This document shows positions 17,862-31,998 of a DNA stretch of 64,000 bases, in pieces. Within the stretch, counting starts at the first letter, position 1. The number at the start of each line of letters is the position of its first letter. The DNA lies in the NCBI GenBank assembly GCA_002395065.1, contig DGVS01000008.1, forward strand, positions 807-64,806, in the 5' to 3' direction. Made by a program: the position numbers and the translations under genes. Below the pieces are notes generated by a model, which did not search any database, had not been told where the DNA came from, and saw only the letters and a list, made by a program, of their open reading frames with translations. Origin of the DNA: Bacillales bacterium UBA4278. Lineage in GTDB: Bacteria > Bacillota_I > Bacilli_A > RFN20 > CAG-826.

Positions 17862-19291
17862 TTTCTATTCTCCAATTCTTTTAAAAGTATTTCAGAAGTC
17901 ATTTTTGGATTAACCTTGCCTTGTGTTTTCTTCATAACTTGTCCAACCATGAAGCCAAGTGCGCGGTCTTTTCCTTCTTTATAATCTTTGATTGATTGAG
18001 GGTTTTCATTTAAAACCTCGTTGATCACATTTTTAATAAATGATTCATCGGATATTTGTGATGAAATACCCAAGATTTGACGAGCTTTTTGAGCATCACA
18101 CTTCTCTTCAACCATTTTTCCAAAAATTGCTTTTGCTTGGTTGGAAGAGACTTCATTTTTCTCAATGATTGCCACGAGGCTCACAAGTTGTTCTGGTCTA
18201 AGAGGGAACTCATTAATTGAAACGTTGTTCTTGTTTAAATATGAGAGAACATCAACATTCATCCAGTTAGCTAATATCTTGTATTGTTTTGTGAGCTTAG
18301 CACACTTGTCATAATAAACAGAAATATCTTTGTCACTTACTAAAAGTGAAGCATCATATTCATTGAGCTTAAATTCATTTAAATATCGTTCTTTTTTACT
18401 TTCAGCAAGTTCCGGACACGAAGCAATCGCATCATCAACAAACTGATCAGAAAGTTTAATTGGGATAATGTTCGGTTCTGGGAAATACTTATAGTCAACC
18501 GAATCAGTTTTTAAACGCATGGCGATTGTAGTTTTTGTTTCATCATCATATCGACGTGTTTCCTGAACCACCTGACCACCGCTTTCAATGATTTCTTTTT
18601 GACGTTTTACTTCATAGTCAATCGCGTTTTTCACATAAGAAATCGAGTTGATGTTTTTAACTTCAACTTTTGTTCCAAATTGTTTGCTTCCTTCAGGGCG
18701 AATTGAGACGTTAACGTCACAACGAAGAGAACCTTCTTCCATTTTTCCATCACTGACTTCCGAGAAAACTACAATTGAACGAATAGTTTCAACATATTTC
18801 ATCGCTTCTTCGCCAGATCTAATTTCTGGTTTTGAAACAATTTCAATTAACGGTGTTCCAGCACGATTATAGTTCAGTAAGGTAAAATTCTTAAAGTGAA
18901 GTTGTTTACATGTGTCTTCTTCAATATGAAGACGCTCAATACCAATACGTTTTCTTTGACCATTAACAACGATTTCGAGATAACCCTCAGATCCAATTGG
19001 TCTTCTATCCTGTGTGATTTGATATCCCTTTGGAAGGTCACTATAGAAATAATTTTTACGATCAAAATGTAATTCGTGATCAATGTTCATATGTAAAGCG
19101 TTCGACACACGTATCGCATAAATTACCGCCTCTTTATTCACCACAGGCATTGTTCCTGGGAATCCTAAATCAAGAGGCACGGTCTGTGTGTTTGCTTCTT
19201 TACCATAGGTAACTGGCGCGGAAGAAAACATTTTACTTTTTGTCTTTAATTCAACGTGAATTTCAAGTCCAATAACTGGTTCAAAGTTCAT
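17858..19291 (-). CDS. gatB: Asp/Glu-tRNA amidotransferase subunit B
   Basis: MNFEPVIGLEIHVEL..., NRAGTPLIEIVS, C-terminal YqeY-like tail. Confidence 0.97.
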   Translation of the reverse strand: MNFEPVIGLEIHVELKTKSKMFSSAPVTYGKEANTQTVPLDLGFPGTMPVVNKEAVIYAIRVSNALHMNIDHELHFDRKNYFYSDLPKGYQITQDRRPIGSEGYLEIVVNGQRKRIGIERLHIEEDTCKQLHFKNFTLLNYNRAGTPLIEIVSKPEIRSGEEAMKYVETIRSIVVFSEVSDGKMEEGSLRCDVNVSIRPEGSKQFGTKVEVKNINSISYVKNAIDYEVKRQKEIIESGGQVVQETRRYDDETKTTIAMRLKTDSVDYKYFPEPNIIPIKLSDQFVDDAIASCPELAESKKERYLNEFKLNEYDASLLVSDKDISVYYDKCAKLTKQYKILANWMNVDVLSYLNKNNVSINEFPLRPEQLVSLVAIIEKNEVSSNQAKAIFGKMVEEKCDAQKARQILGISSQISDESFIKNVINEVLNENPQSIKDYKEGKDRALGFMVGQVMKKTQGKVNPKMTSEILLKELENRK

Positions 19292-19293
19292 TG

Positions 19294-20748
19294 TTATTCT
19301 CCTTTCGCCACTAAATTCTTTAATCCGGTATGCTTTTCAAGTTCAAAAGCCATTTGTAAAACTTGTTTATCTTCAAAAGCACGACCAGTGATATTTGCTC
19401 CAAATGGCATTCCGTCTTTAATGCCGATTGGAAGAGTAATTGATGGAAGTCCAGCAAAATTAGCAATAACCAAATGGTTATCTGCAATTAAATATTCATT
19501 AGAAAGCCGATCACTTGCTTCACCAACCTTTGGAGCAATAGAAGGTGCAGCAGGGCAATAAATGAAATCGTAGTCTTTTAACACGTTGTTCACAGCATCA
19601 ACAATAACGCGTCTATTCTTCTGGGCGCGTAAAAATAAGTCGTTTTGGTTTTCTTTCATTAAAGCGAAATTGCCAATAATAAAGCGTCTCTTAATAAGTT
19701 CACTAAAACCATTTGTTCGAGCTTGTGTAACAACATCTTCAAACGTTGCACCATTGTAGTAAGGACCAAATTTAATACCATCTAAATTTGCATTGTTTGA
19801 TGTTGCTTCAGCACAGGAAATAACGAAATATGTTGGGAATAGTGAAGACAAAATTTTCTCGTCAATATCCACATAATCTACAGCAAAACCCGCATCTTTT
19901 AGTGATTTAACAGTTTCATTAAATTTGTCTAAAACTGTCTTATCAGAGATTGAATTCAAAATGCCTTTTATAACAGCAACTTTTGTTTTTGGATTAATTT
20001 TCTCAATCTCATCTGTATAATCATCAATAGGTCTAACACTTGATGTTGAATCTTTATCATCATGACCAGCCAAAGCATTTAAAACATAGGCGGAATCTTT
20101 AACGTTTCTTGCGAAAATTCCAACAGTATCTAAAGAAGGCGCAAATGGAAATAAGCCATATCTAGAAATCAAAGACCATGTTGGCTTAAATCCAACAAGA
20201 CCAGCATAAGAAGCTGGCTTTCTTGTTGAGTCGCCAGTATCGCTTCCAAGAGCAAATGGAACATAACCATCCGCGGTACAAGCAGCAGATCCACATGAGG
20301 ATCCACCAACAAGTCTTTTGTGCGAACGATCATGTGGGTTAAACGTCATGCCCAAATGTCCACTAGTACCAGTTCCACCCATCGCAAGTTCGTCAAGTGT
20401 GACCTTACCAATAGCAACAGCTTTAGCCTCTTTTAGTTTTTCAACAACAGTAGCATCAAAAACAGGAACATATCCTTTTAAAATATTGCTACTTGCTGTT
20501 GTTGGGATATCCTTTGTTGAAAAGTTATCTTTGATAACAAATGGAATTCCCCAAAGAGGATTATTTACTTCTGGTTCTTTTAAAGAAGCGGCAAATTCAA
20601 GGGCTTCTTTTTCCATAATATATTCAAAAGCGTTATTGGAATCTTTTTTAGCTAAAATTAAAGCTTCTTCAGCAAGTTGAAGAGGAGTAACTTTTTTACT
20701 AACAAGAAGAGCGTGGAGCTCATCAATCGATAAGCCGCGGTACGTCAT
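19294..20748 (-). CDS. gatA: Asp/Glu-tRNA amidotransferase subunit A (amidase signature)
   Basis: Amidase signature GGSSCGSAA...GSDTGDS. Confidence 0.97.
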   Translation of the reverse strand: MTYRGLSIDELHALLVSKKVTPLQLAEEALILAKKDSNNAFEYIMEKEALEFAASLKEPEVNNPLWGIPFVIKDNFSTKDIPTTASSNILKGYVPVFDATVVEKLKEAKAVAIGKVTLDELAMGGTGTSGHLGMTFNPHDRSHKRLVGGSSCGSAACTADGYVPFALGSDTGDSTRKPASYAGLVGFKPTWSLISRYGLFPFAPSLDTVGIFARNVKDSAYVLNALAGHDDKDSTSSVRPIDDYTDEIEKINPKTKVAVIKGILNSISDKTVLDKFNETVKSLKDAGFAVDYVDIDEKILSSLFPTYFVISCAEATSNNANLDGIKFGPYYNGATFEDVVTQARTNGFSELIKRRFIIGNFALMKENQNDLFLRAQKNRRVIVDAVNNVLKDYDFIYCPAAPSIAPKVGEASDRLSNEYLIADNHLVIANFAGLPSITLPIGIKDGMPFGANITGRAFEDKQVLQMAFELEKHTGLKNLVAKGE

Positions 20749-21041
20749 AAAACCACCTTTGGCAATTTGATTTGCCCACCAATTTTGTTGTTAGCATTTC
20801 TTAGAGCCTCTTCTCGTGGAAGCGGAGTTGTTGGAACATCTTCTCTCATGACAGAGGTTGAAACTTCGAACGGAAAAATCATTTGCTCTGTTTTATCTAG
20901 TTCTTTGTTTTCTCCAATAATCTTCATTTGAGCGACAACGATGTCGAATTCTTGTAGAAGTGTTTCATATTGCTCTTCGGACATATCAAAAAGTAACCCA
21001 TGAGCAGCCTGTTTTAAGATTTCAATATTGTACTCTTTCAT
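20745..21041 (-). CDS. gatC: Asp/Glu-tRNA amidotransferase subunit C
   Basis: 98 aa between ligA and gatA in the conserved order. ATG 21041 (MKEYNIEILKQ) was chosen because the track start 21092 lies inside ligA. Confidence 0.85.
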   Translation of the reverse strand: MKEYNIEILKQAAHGLLFDMSEEQYETLLQEFDIVVAQMKIIGENKELDKTEQMIFPFEVSTSVMREDVPTTPLPREEALRNANNKIGGQIKLPKVVL

Positions 21042-21054
21042 AATGTTAAAAATA

Positions 21055-25250
<4,196 letters not shown>

Positions 25251-25316
25251 AATACTTTAACAACCTATTACTATGTAATATTTTATCAAAAGTATATGTG
25301 CTTATAAAGCATTATT

Positions 25317-25769
25317 TTAACTTAAAAGGGTGAGTACTTCTTTTTCACCATTAGCATATGTAATAACGCAACCGCTTTTAAAATAAACCGCCGTTGGATA
25401 ACCAATGATGCAGAAATTGATTTCGTTTAGATTTCCTGTTGGTTGTATCGCGCAAAACTCAAACTCATTTGAGGCTTCACATGCAAAATAATTGTTATGT
25501 TTTAAAATCATTGGAATAACTTTTTCCTTAATGTTTTGACAATGAATGCATGTTCTTGAAAAGAAGTAGACATAAAATTCATTTAAATCTATTAGGGGAA
25601 TCTCGTCCCAATAAATAATTTTTTCTTCTAGGTCGTCGTACTCGTAGGATATTTCGATGCTTATATCTACTTTCGAAGACGTTGCCAAAAGAGAGCTGGT
25701 GCCAGATTTTTTTACACAACCAACTAGTGTTAAAGATAATAGACAAACCAATCCAAAATTTTTCTTCAC
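25317..25769 (-). CDS. Thioredoxin-fold lipoprotein (CxxC)
   Basis: MKKNFGLVCLLSLTLVGC lipobox, FYVYFFSRTCIHCQ CxxC motif, and a cis-Pro loop in IGYPTAVYF. Confidence 0.7.
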   Translation of the reverse strand: MKKNFGLVCLLSLTLVGCVKKSGTSSLLATSSKVDISIEISYEYDDLEEKIIYWDEIPLIDLNEFYVYFFSRTCIHCQNIKEKVIPMILKHNNYFACEASNEFEFCAIQPTGNLNEINFCIIGYPTAVYFKSGCVITYANGEKEVLTLLS

Positions 25770-25825
25770 ACTATCTTTATTCGCAAAAAATGAGCAAAAG
25801 TGTTCAAAAAATGTAAAATATTTTT

Positions 25826-26728
25826 ATGAAACTGCTTTCGGAAAAGAAAAATATAGGGCAAATCATTGCGCTGATGTCGATGATGGCGGCAATTAATATA
25901 ATTGTTTCGGTCATTGCTGCGTTTTCGGTTATAGCTTCTATTTTTCTAATTATTATCCTTCCGCTCACATCAACAATTGTAGTTTTGACTTGCCCCGAAA
26001 AATTTTTTCCAATCTATGCTTTTGCAACAATTGGTCTTTCCCTAGTCGCAACAATTTGGAATTTAGATATAACACTATTTTATGTTGTTCCTTCAATTAT
26101 TAGTGGATTTGTCTTTGGTTTCTGCATTAAAAAATCAGTTTATTTCGGCTGGTCAATTGTTGTTTCAGCTATTCTTCAAACCGCTATTTCGTTCGCGATT
26201 ATTCCGCTAATTAATCTTCTCTTTGAAGTGGATTTTATTAAGGATTTACAGGCGATTTTTAAAATTTACGATGCAATTCCAGGACAAATTTTTGTTTGCT
26301 GCGGCTTCTTTATCATCGCCTTGATTCAATCATTTTTATCCTTTTTTGTTGTTCAATCAGAAATATCAAAAATGCGCTCATTATCTTCAACAAGTGTGAC
26401 ATACAAATATTTCAATTTCCTTGGTGTTTGTTTTGTTCTTGCAATCATCCCAATCGCTTTCTTATCGATTGGTGTAGCTTACATTCTGGAACTTCTTTCA
26501 ATTACAATTGCAGGTTTTGTAATTTATGAGTGGTTCAAAAAGAGTCAAAGTAAACAATTAATAATTTCTGCTGCATCACTTTTGTTAAACGTGTTTTTAG
26601 TCGCGATTCTTTACGATATTGTCCCTGATTACTGGGGCATGTTGATGTTTGCGTTTACACCTTTGATTATCTGCTTATTGTCTTTTTGCTATTTCTTATT
26701 GAAGAAAGAGCACGATGATATAAAATAA
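25826..26728 (+). CDS. Polytopic membrane protein (about 8-9 TM), unknown function
   Basis: 300 aa, almost entirely hydrophobic helices. First gene of a tightly packed 3-gene plus-strand unit. Confidence 0.7.
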   Translation: MKLLSEKKNIGQIIALMSMMAAINIIVSVIAAFSVIASIFLIIILPLTSTIVVLTCPEKFFPIYAFATIGLSLVATIWNLDITLFYVVPSIISGFVFGFCIKKSVYFGWSIVVSAILQTAISFAIIPLINLLFEVDFIKDLQAIFKIYDAIPGQIFVCCGFFIIALIQSFLSFFVVQSEISKMRSLSSTSVTYKYFNFLGVCFVLAIIPIAFLSIGVAYILELLSITIAGFVIYEWFKKSQSKQLIISAASLLLNVFLVAILYDIVPDYWGMLMFAFTPLIICLLSFCYFLLKKEHDDIK

Positions 26729-26732
26729 AATC

Positions 26733-27161
26733 ATGTTAGGGTTCTTAAAAGTATTTGGAAAAGGGGTATTATACACTATTCTTTTTCCATTTATTGTTCT
26801 AATTTTGGTCCTTTATACCGTCTACTGTATTTTTCTTTTCGTCTTTGAATTTTTCCGCAGTTTAATACTTTGGATTAAAGGTGGATCTCCTTTTGATGAT
26901 ACGCCCGAAGATGCTGAAGCAAAGCGCATCCTTTTAGCCAAGCAAAACCAGGAAGCAAATGTACAAACTAACGACCAGTACAAAGACGCTCTAATTGCAA
27001 CGCTTGCTTCTGCAGTTGCAGCGCAATCACAAGCTGCTCAACAAAATACCCAGCAACAAGACGTTCCGACTCTTGATGTTTTTCCAACAAATGAATTAGA
27101 ACACGAAGAGCCTTCACAAATTGAACAATATATTGATGAGAAAGGAGATGGCGAGCAATGA
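26733..27161 (+). CDS. Membrane-anchored protein with Gln-rich/acidic tail, unknown function
   Basis: 142 aa. N-terminal hydrophobic hairpin followed by a polar low-complexity C-terminus. Starts 4 nt after the previous gene. Confidence 0.6.
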   Translation: MLGFLKVFGKGVLYTILFPFIVLILVLYTVYCIFLFVFEFFRSLILWIKGGSPFDDTPEDAEAKRILLAKQNQEANVQTNDQYKDALIATLASAVAAQSQAAQQNTQQQDVPTLDVFPTNELEHEEPSQIEQYIDEKGDGEQ

Positions 27162-27805
27162 TTTTGTATGTCGGAAAAATTTCTGAAGATACCAAAAGAT
27201 TATTAATTGCACTCCTTTTCGCACTCATTATTTTCTTCATTATTGTCGGTTGCATTGGACTCGTCATAAAAAAGGTAATGAAAAAACAAGCCCAGGGCGC
27301 AGATGACATGATGTATGACGTTATACGCGCAGGCTTATTTAAAAAGAAAGGCGAATTGATTAAATTTGGTATCAAAAAGAATCACGTTGTCTTCTTTAGA
27401 CAAGCTTGGAAGCCTTTTATCGTGATGGTTTCTGCATCATTAATTATTGTTCTCTATTGTCTAACAATGAATAACTGGGATGTAAATATTTTTGACTATC
27501 ATAATGAAGGCATTGGAACTTTGTTCCATGTCTTTGATTGGCAGAATGTTCCAAAGACAAAAGTGTTTGGCATTGAGATTATTTCTGATTGGCCACCACT
27601 ATTATCTTCCCCGCATTGGGATTGGTATGCGTGGGGATCTTATGTCTTTGTCCCGTGTATGATTGTTGGACTTATTTGGTTCATGATTTGCGTCCAAGCT
27701 TACATTGCTCGTTCATTTAGAATTTTTAGAATAGCAAAAAAGGTGTTCAGCCGTTCAGTTGACGACCTCCCACCTCAAGATAAGCCTGTAGCACCGATTC
27801 AATAA
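27158..27805 (+). CDS. Membrane protein (about 3 TM, Trp-rich loop), unknown function
   Basis: 215 aa. Overlaps the previous gene by 4 nt (ATGA). Confidence 0.6.
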   Translation: MILYVGKISEDTKRLLIALLFALIIFFIIVGCIGLVIKKVMKKQAQGADDMMYDVIRAGLFKKKGELIKFGIKKNHVVFFRQAWKPFIVMVSASLIIVLYCLTMNNWDVNIFDYHNEGIGTLFHVFDWQNVPKTKVFGIEIISDWPPLLSSPHWDWYAWGSYVFVPCMIVGLIWFMICVQAYIARSFRIFRIAKKVFSRSVDDLPPQDKPVAPIQ

Positions 27806-27877
27806 TTACTTTGTAATTAATGTAATTATTTCAGTGATAGCAATCGCCGCTAATAAAATAACAACACCCAAAACAAT

Positions 27878-27904
27878 GCCGAAAATTCTATTTCGGCTTT
27901 TTTG
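27878..27904 (+). terminator. Intrinsic terminator of the 25826..27805 operon (possibly also serving convergent asnS)
   Basis: GCCGAAA-attcta-TTTCGGC followed by TTTTTT on the plus strand. The minus-strand side is followed by ATTGTTTT. Confidence 0.75.
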
Positions 27905-27969
27905 TTTCTTTTGTAAGGCTAATTCTTCCTCACTATAGAAATGTTGAGTAACTTGTTGTTCTTCCATAA

Positions 27970-29373
27970 CTAATATTTAATTGGATCGCTTGTTCTTGGG
28001 AATGGTTGAACATCTCTAATGTTGTTCATTCCTGTAACATACATAATTAAACGATCAAATCCAATGCCGAAACCAGCATGTGGACATCCACCATATTTAC
28101 GTGTGTCTAAGTACCACTCAAGACCTTCGAGACAATGGCATTCTTCCATGCGTTTCTTTAAAACATCATAACGTTCTTCACGTTGGCTTCCACCAACAAG
28201 TTCTCCGACATATGGCACCAAAAGGTCGCATGCTGCAACGGTTTTACCATCGTCGTTTTGTCTCATGTAGAAGGCCTTCATTTCTTTTGGATAGTTGATC
28301 AAGAAGACTGGTCCTTTAACAACTTGTTCAGTGATATAACGTTCGTGTTCTGATTGTAAATCCATACCCCAGAAAATCTTGTTATTTTCAAATTTGTGGC
28401 CGTTTTGCTGAGCTTTTTGAAGTTCTTCGATTGCTTCTGTGTATGTCATTCTCTTAAATTCACTTTCTAAAACATGATGGAGTCTTTCCTTTAATGTTTT
28501 ATCAATAAAATTGTTAAAGAAATCCATTTCATCTGGGCATCCATGAAGCGCAACATCGATGCAGTGTTTCAAACATGCTTCAATGCAATCCATATCATCA
28601 TCCAAATCTGCGAACGCCATTTCAGGTTCAATCATCCAAAATTCAGATGCGTGTCGGGTTGTATTTGAATGTTCGGCTCGGAATGTTGGTCCAAATGTAT
28701 AAACATCTCTAAAGGCCATCGCAAATGGTTCAACATGAAGCTGACCAGAAACAGTTAAAGCAACTTCTTTTGAGAAGAAGTCGGTCTTTGGGTGTTTGTC
28801 GTTTGTAATAACTCCAAATGTGTTACCTGCGCCTTCGGCGTCATTTCCAGTAATAATTGGTGTATGAACATACATAAATCCTTCGTTTTGGAAAAATTCA
28901 TGAATGGCCATAGACATTGCGTTTCTCATACGGAAAACCGCATTAAAGGTGTTTGCTCTTGGTCTTAAATGAGCAATTTCGCGAAGGAATTCCATTGAGT
29001 GTTGTTTCTTTTGAAGAGGGTAGTCTGGATCAACTGGTCCAACAACTTCAAATTCATGAACGTGGATTTCGAATGGTTGTTTGCCTTCTGGAGTTAAGAC
29101 AAATTCGCCCTTCACACCTAAAGCTGCGCCAGTATTAACATGACTTAAAGATTTATAATCTTTGACAACCTTATCTTCATAAACTAATTGAACGTTTTTA
29201 AAGCATGTTCCATCGTTTAAAGCGATAAAACCTATTGATCCGTTATCACGATTTGTACGAACCCACCCTTCAATAAAAACATTCTTGATTGATTTTAAAA
29301 TCTCTTTATATTCCTTCTCTTCAGAGTGAACAAGAGCATATAAATCACTTACTACAACACCTTGGTATTCCAT
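27970..29373 (-). CDS. asnS: Asparagine--tRNA ligase
   Basis: Class IIb aaRS: N-terminal OB fold, FRAEHSNTTRHASEFWMIEPE, GGSQREER and GFGIGFDRL motifs. Confidence 0.95.
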   Translation of the reverse strand: MEYQGVVVSDLYALVHSEEKEYKEILKSIKNVFIEGWVRTNRDNGSIGFIALNDGTCFKNVQLVYEDKVVKDYKSLSHVNTGAALGVKGEFVLTPEGKQPFEIHVHEFEVVGPVDPDYPLQKKQHSMEFLREIAHLRPRANTFNAVFRMRNAMSMAIHEFFQNEGFMYVHTPIITGNDAEGAGNTFGVITNDKHPKTDFFSKEVALTVSGQLHVEPFAMAFRDVYTFGPTFRAEHSNTTRHASEFWMIEPEMAFADLDDDMDCIEACLKHCIDVALHGCPDEMDFFNNFIDKTLKERLHHVLESEFKRMTYTEAIEELQKAQQNGHKFENNKIFWGMDLQSEHERYITEQVVKGPVFLINYPKEMKAFYMRQNDDGKTVAACDLLVPYVGELVGGSQREERYDVLKKRMEECHCLEGLEWYLDTRKYGGCPHAGFGIGFDRLIMYVTGMNNIRDVQPFPRTSDPIKY

Positions 29374-29399
29374 AATCTACCTCCAGATATAACTTTTAC

Positions 29400-29408
29400 A
29401 TTATAGCA
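29400..29408 (-). promoter_or_regulatory. Extended -10 element (TGCTATAAT) upstream of asnS
   Basis: Minus strand TGcTATAAT about 30 nt upstream of the ATG, with a GGAGG RBS in between. The leader is too short for a T-box. Confidence 0.45.
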
Positions 29409-29429
29409 ACAGTTTATTTAAAACTGCGA

Positions 29430-30440
29430 TTAAAATGTTTTATATTTATCAATTCGCCAGTTCGGGTCACACGATACTGATATAGGCGCAACAATTCCCA
29501 TCTTATAAAGATGTTCTCCTAATCGAGCAATCATTGCAGCATTGTCGGTCGTGCACCAAATTGGTGGAACAATCAAATCAATTTCCGTGTTATCTAAACG
29601 TTCGTGCATTTTTTCTCTTAAATAAGAGTTTGCAGATACTCCGCCAGCAAGAACAACTTGTTTAATTTTATATCGCTTTAAAGCTTTTTCTAAACGATCC
29701 ATAATCATTCCGACAGCAACATCCTGGAACGATTTACATAAGTCTGGAACCCTAATTTCATGTCCGCGAGCTTTTTCATTATTGACCAGATTTATCACCG
29801 CGGTTTTTAAGCCAGAATATGAAAAATCTAGTGAATCATCGTGGAGTGGGAATGGAAGTTCATAAGTGTGTTGACCTTCCTTGGATAATTTATCAATTGG
29901 GATTCCGCCCGGATATGGGAGTCCAACAGTACGAGCCACCTTATCGAAACATTCTCCAATTGCGTCGTCTTTTGTTTCGCCAATAATCTCAAAATTCATC
30001 GGTTCTTTCATATAAACAAATTCGGTGTTACCACCACTGACAACAATTGAAAGAAGAGGGAATTGCAGGGGTTTTACGAATTCGTTTGCGTAAATATGAC
30101 CGGCTAGATGATGAACTGGAATTAGTGGTTTTTGATAAAGAATTGCAAGGGTTTTTGCAACTTGCATTCCAACATGAAGAGCTCCAATTAGGCCTGGGCC
30201 GCGTGTAAAAGCAAAAGCGTCGATATCATCAAGTTTTACATTCGCATTTTTGAGTGCTTCATCTAGAACAAACAATACATTTTCACAATGCAAGCGAGAA
30301 GCGAGCTCTGGCATAACGCCTCCGAATTGCTGATGCATTTTGATTTGGGTCGCAACAACGTTGCTTAAAAGTTCCCCATCTCGAACAATCGCAATGGAGG
30401 TTTCATCACAACTTGATTCTAGTCCTAAGATTAATGACAT
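29430..30440 (-). CDS. tsaD: tRNA N6-adenosine threonylcarbamoyltransferase
   Basis: LGLESSCDETS, HHLAGH metal motif, GGVSAN. Confidence 0.96.
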   Translation of the reverse strand: MSLILGLESSCDETSIAIVRDGELLSNVVATQIKMHQQFGGVMPELASRLHCENVLFVLDEALKNANVKLDDIDAFAFTRGPGLIGALHVGMQVAKTLAILYQKPLIPVHHLAGHIYANEFVKPLQFPLLSIVVSGGNTEFVYMKEPMNFEIIGETKDDAIGECFDKVARTVGLPYPGGIPIDKLSKEGQHTYELPFPLHDDSLDFSYSGLKTAVINLVNNEKARGHEIRVPDLCKSFQDVAVGMIMDRLEKALKRYKIKQVVLAGGVSANSYLREKMHERLDNTEIDLIVPPIWCTTDNAAMIARLGEHLYKMGIVAPISVSCDPNWRIDKYKTF

Positions 30441-30892
30441 AGCATAAGCCTCTTTACCATATAAATGGCATCTTCTCCGTCAGCATAGTAGTGTGGTTTT
30501 TTTACAACAACTTCGTAACCATGCTTTTCATAAAGTTTGATTGCAGGAAGATTTGATGAACGCACTTCCAAAGTAACGTTTTCAACAATGTCTTCGCCTT
30601 CTTTTGGAAACATCTTCTCCATCTCATTTAAAAGAATGGTTGCAAGACCTTTTCTTCGATATTCCCTTGTTACAGCAATTTGAGTTATAGTTGCAGAATT
30701 GAATGTAATCATAAAATTATTAAAACCAACAATTTTTCCATCGGCTTCAATAACGATGAATTTGTTAACAGGGTTTCCATTAAATTCATACTCAAGATCT
30801 GAATATTTCCAAGGATCTAAAAAGCACTCTTTTTCAATTTCGTAAACCTTTTGTAGATCTGCTTTTTTTAATAAACGCACTTTGTAGTCCAT
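30431..30892 (-). CDS. rimI: Ribosomal-protein-alanine N-acetyltransferase (GNAT)
   Basis: GNAT motif A region YRRKGLATILL. Sits between tsaB and tsaD in the conserved order. Confidence 0.85.
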   Translation of the reverse strand: MDYKVRLLKKADLQKVYEIEKECFLDPWKYSDLEYEFNGNPVNKFIVIEADGKIVGFNNFMITFNSATITQIAVTREYRRKGLATILLNEMEKMFPKEGEDIVENVTLEVRSSNLPAIKLYEKHGYEVVVKKPHYYADGEDAIYMVKRLMLCH

Positions 30893-31482
30893 TATAAAAG
30901 CTCCTTCAGATAGACAGGATTTACGACGAAAGGATTTTCAACTAGTTTCTCATCGGTAAGACCTTTTGCAAGATTATTGATTGTGTCGTAGGAATTTGAA
31001 TTTAGTCCAAGATGACCAAGTTCTCCGTTAATAAGATAGCAAGGATGTTCAGCGATATATTTTTGAAGATCTTCATTACTCATAACGCAATCAGATAAAA
31101 GGCATTTCTCACCCTCATACACGCCAACATACGATCGTCCACTTCGCGCGTTAAAAACGCAAATTGTTGGTTTGCTTTCGTCTCTTAATAAGGAAAGCGA
31201 TGAAACAGCATAAACCTTAGTATGCAAAGCATAAGCGATTGTTTTTCCAATTGTTACAGCGATTCTTACACCTGTATATGAGCCAGGACCAACTCCAATA
31301 ACGACGGCATCAATATCCTTGTTTTCAACATTGTTTCTTTTAAGAATTGTTTGAAGTTCACTTGTCATCATCTCTGATTGACGTTGCCAAGCTTCATAAA
31401 AAATCTTATCGATGACTTTTCCATCTTTTGCTAAGCCAACAGACAAATACTTGCTTGAACTATCTAACAAAATTTCAAACAT
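30892..31482 (-). CDS. tsaB: tRNA t6A biosynthesis protein TsaB
   Basis: GVGPGSYTGVRI motif and operon position. Confidence 0.9.
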   Translation of the reverse strand: MFEILLDSSSKYLSVGLAKDGKVIDKIFYEAWQRQSEMMTSELQTILKRNNVENKDIDAVVIGVGPGSYTGVRIAVTIGKTIAYALHTKVYAVSSLSLLRDESKPTICVFNARSGRSYVGVYEGEKCLLSDCVMSNEDLQKYIAEHPCYLINGELGHLGLNSNSYDTINNLAKGLTDEKLVENPFVVNPVYLKELL

Positions 31483-31943
31483 TATTTACCCTCCAAAGCC
31501 GAAAAGACTTTCTGATATTTTTCAGAATCAGAATAAAATTCAAAGAGACGTTCATTATCGCTGACTCTAGTAATTTTAATTGTCATTGTATGAGGCGGAA
31601 GAATACTTTCAATATAGTTTGGCCATTCTACAAAAGAAATGCCTTCATCCTCTAAAAATTCTTCTAATCCAATGTCAATATTTTGGTCTTCTAACCTATA
31701 AGCATCGATGTGAAATACATTTGGTTGGACTTCAAAATAACATTTTAAAATGTTAAATGTTGGGGAAACAACGTGGTCCTTATAACCAAGTTCCATGAGC
31801 GCGCCTGCAACAAAAGTTGTTTTACCGGCTCCTAAATCACCAGTTAACAAAACAACACTTCCCGGCGCCAACTGACGTACGATATTAGCTGCAAGGCGTT
31901 GCGTTTCTTCTTTAGATTTTGAAATCACTTGTAATTTCAACAT
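31482..31943 (-). CDS. tsaE: tRNA t6A biosynthesis ATPase TsaE
   Basis: GDLGAGKTT Walker A, SPTF, HIDAYRL. Confidence 0.92.
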   Translation of the reverse strand: MLKLQVISKSKEETQRLAANIVRQLAPGSVVLLTGDLGAGKTTFVAGALMELGYKDHVVSPTFNILKCYFEVQPNVFHIDAYRLEDQNIDIGLEEFLEDEGISFVEWPNYIESILPPHTMTIKITRVSDNERLFEFYSDSEKYQKVFSALEGK

Positions 31944-31998
31944 AAAAAACCCCGATACATTATAGCAAAGTTAAGAAAATATATTTATAATATTTTTC

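Noticed and set aside
27806-27967. 53-codon minus-strand ORF (MEEQQVTQHFYSEEELALQKKQKSRNRIFGIVLGVVILLAAIAITEIITLITK) starting 2 nt after the asnS stop. It looks like a tail-anchored micro-protein.
   Set aside because: There is no Shine-Dalgarno sequence. The ORF spans the GCCGAAA/TTTCGGC terminator hairpin of the convergent operon. The hydrophobic stretch is what T-rich spacer DNA yields when translated. It would need ribosome-profiling or conservation evidence.
29374-29429. A T-box leader was expected upstream of asnS (and of lysS, 58668..58722).
   Set aside because: The intergenic regions are only about 55 nt, which is too short for a T-box (about 200 nt or more). No specifier or T-box sequence (AATTAGGGTGGTACCGCG-like) is present.
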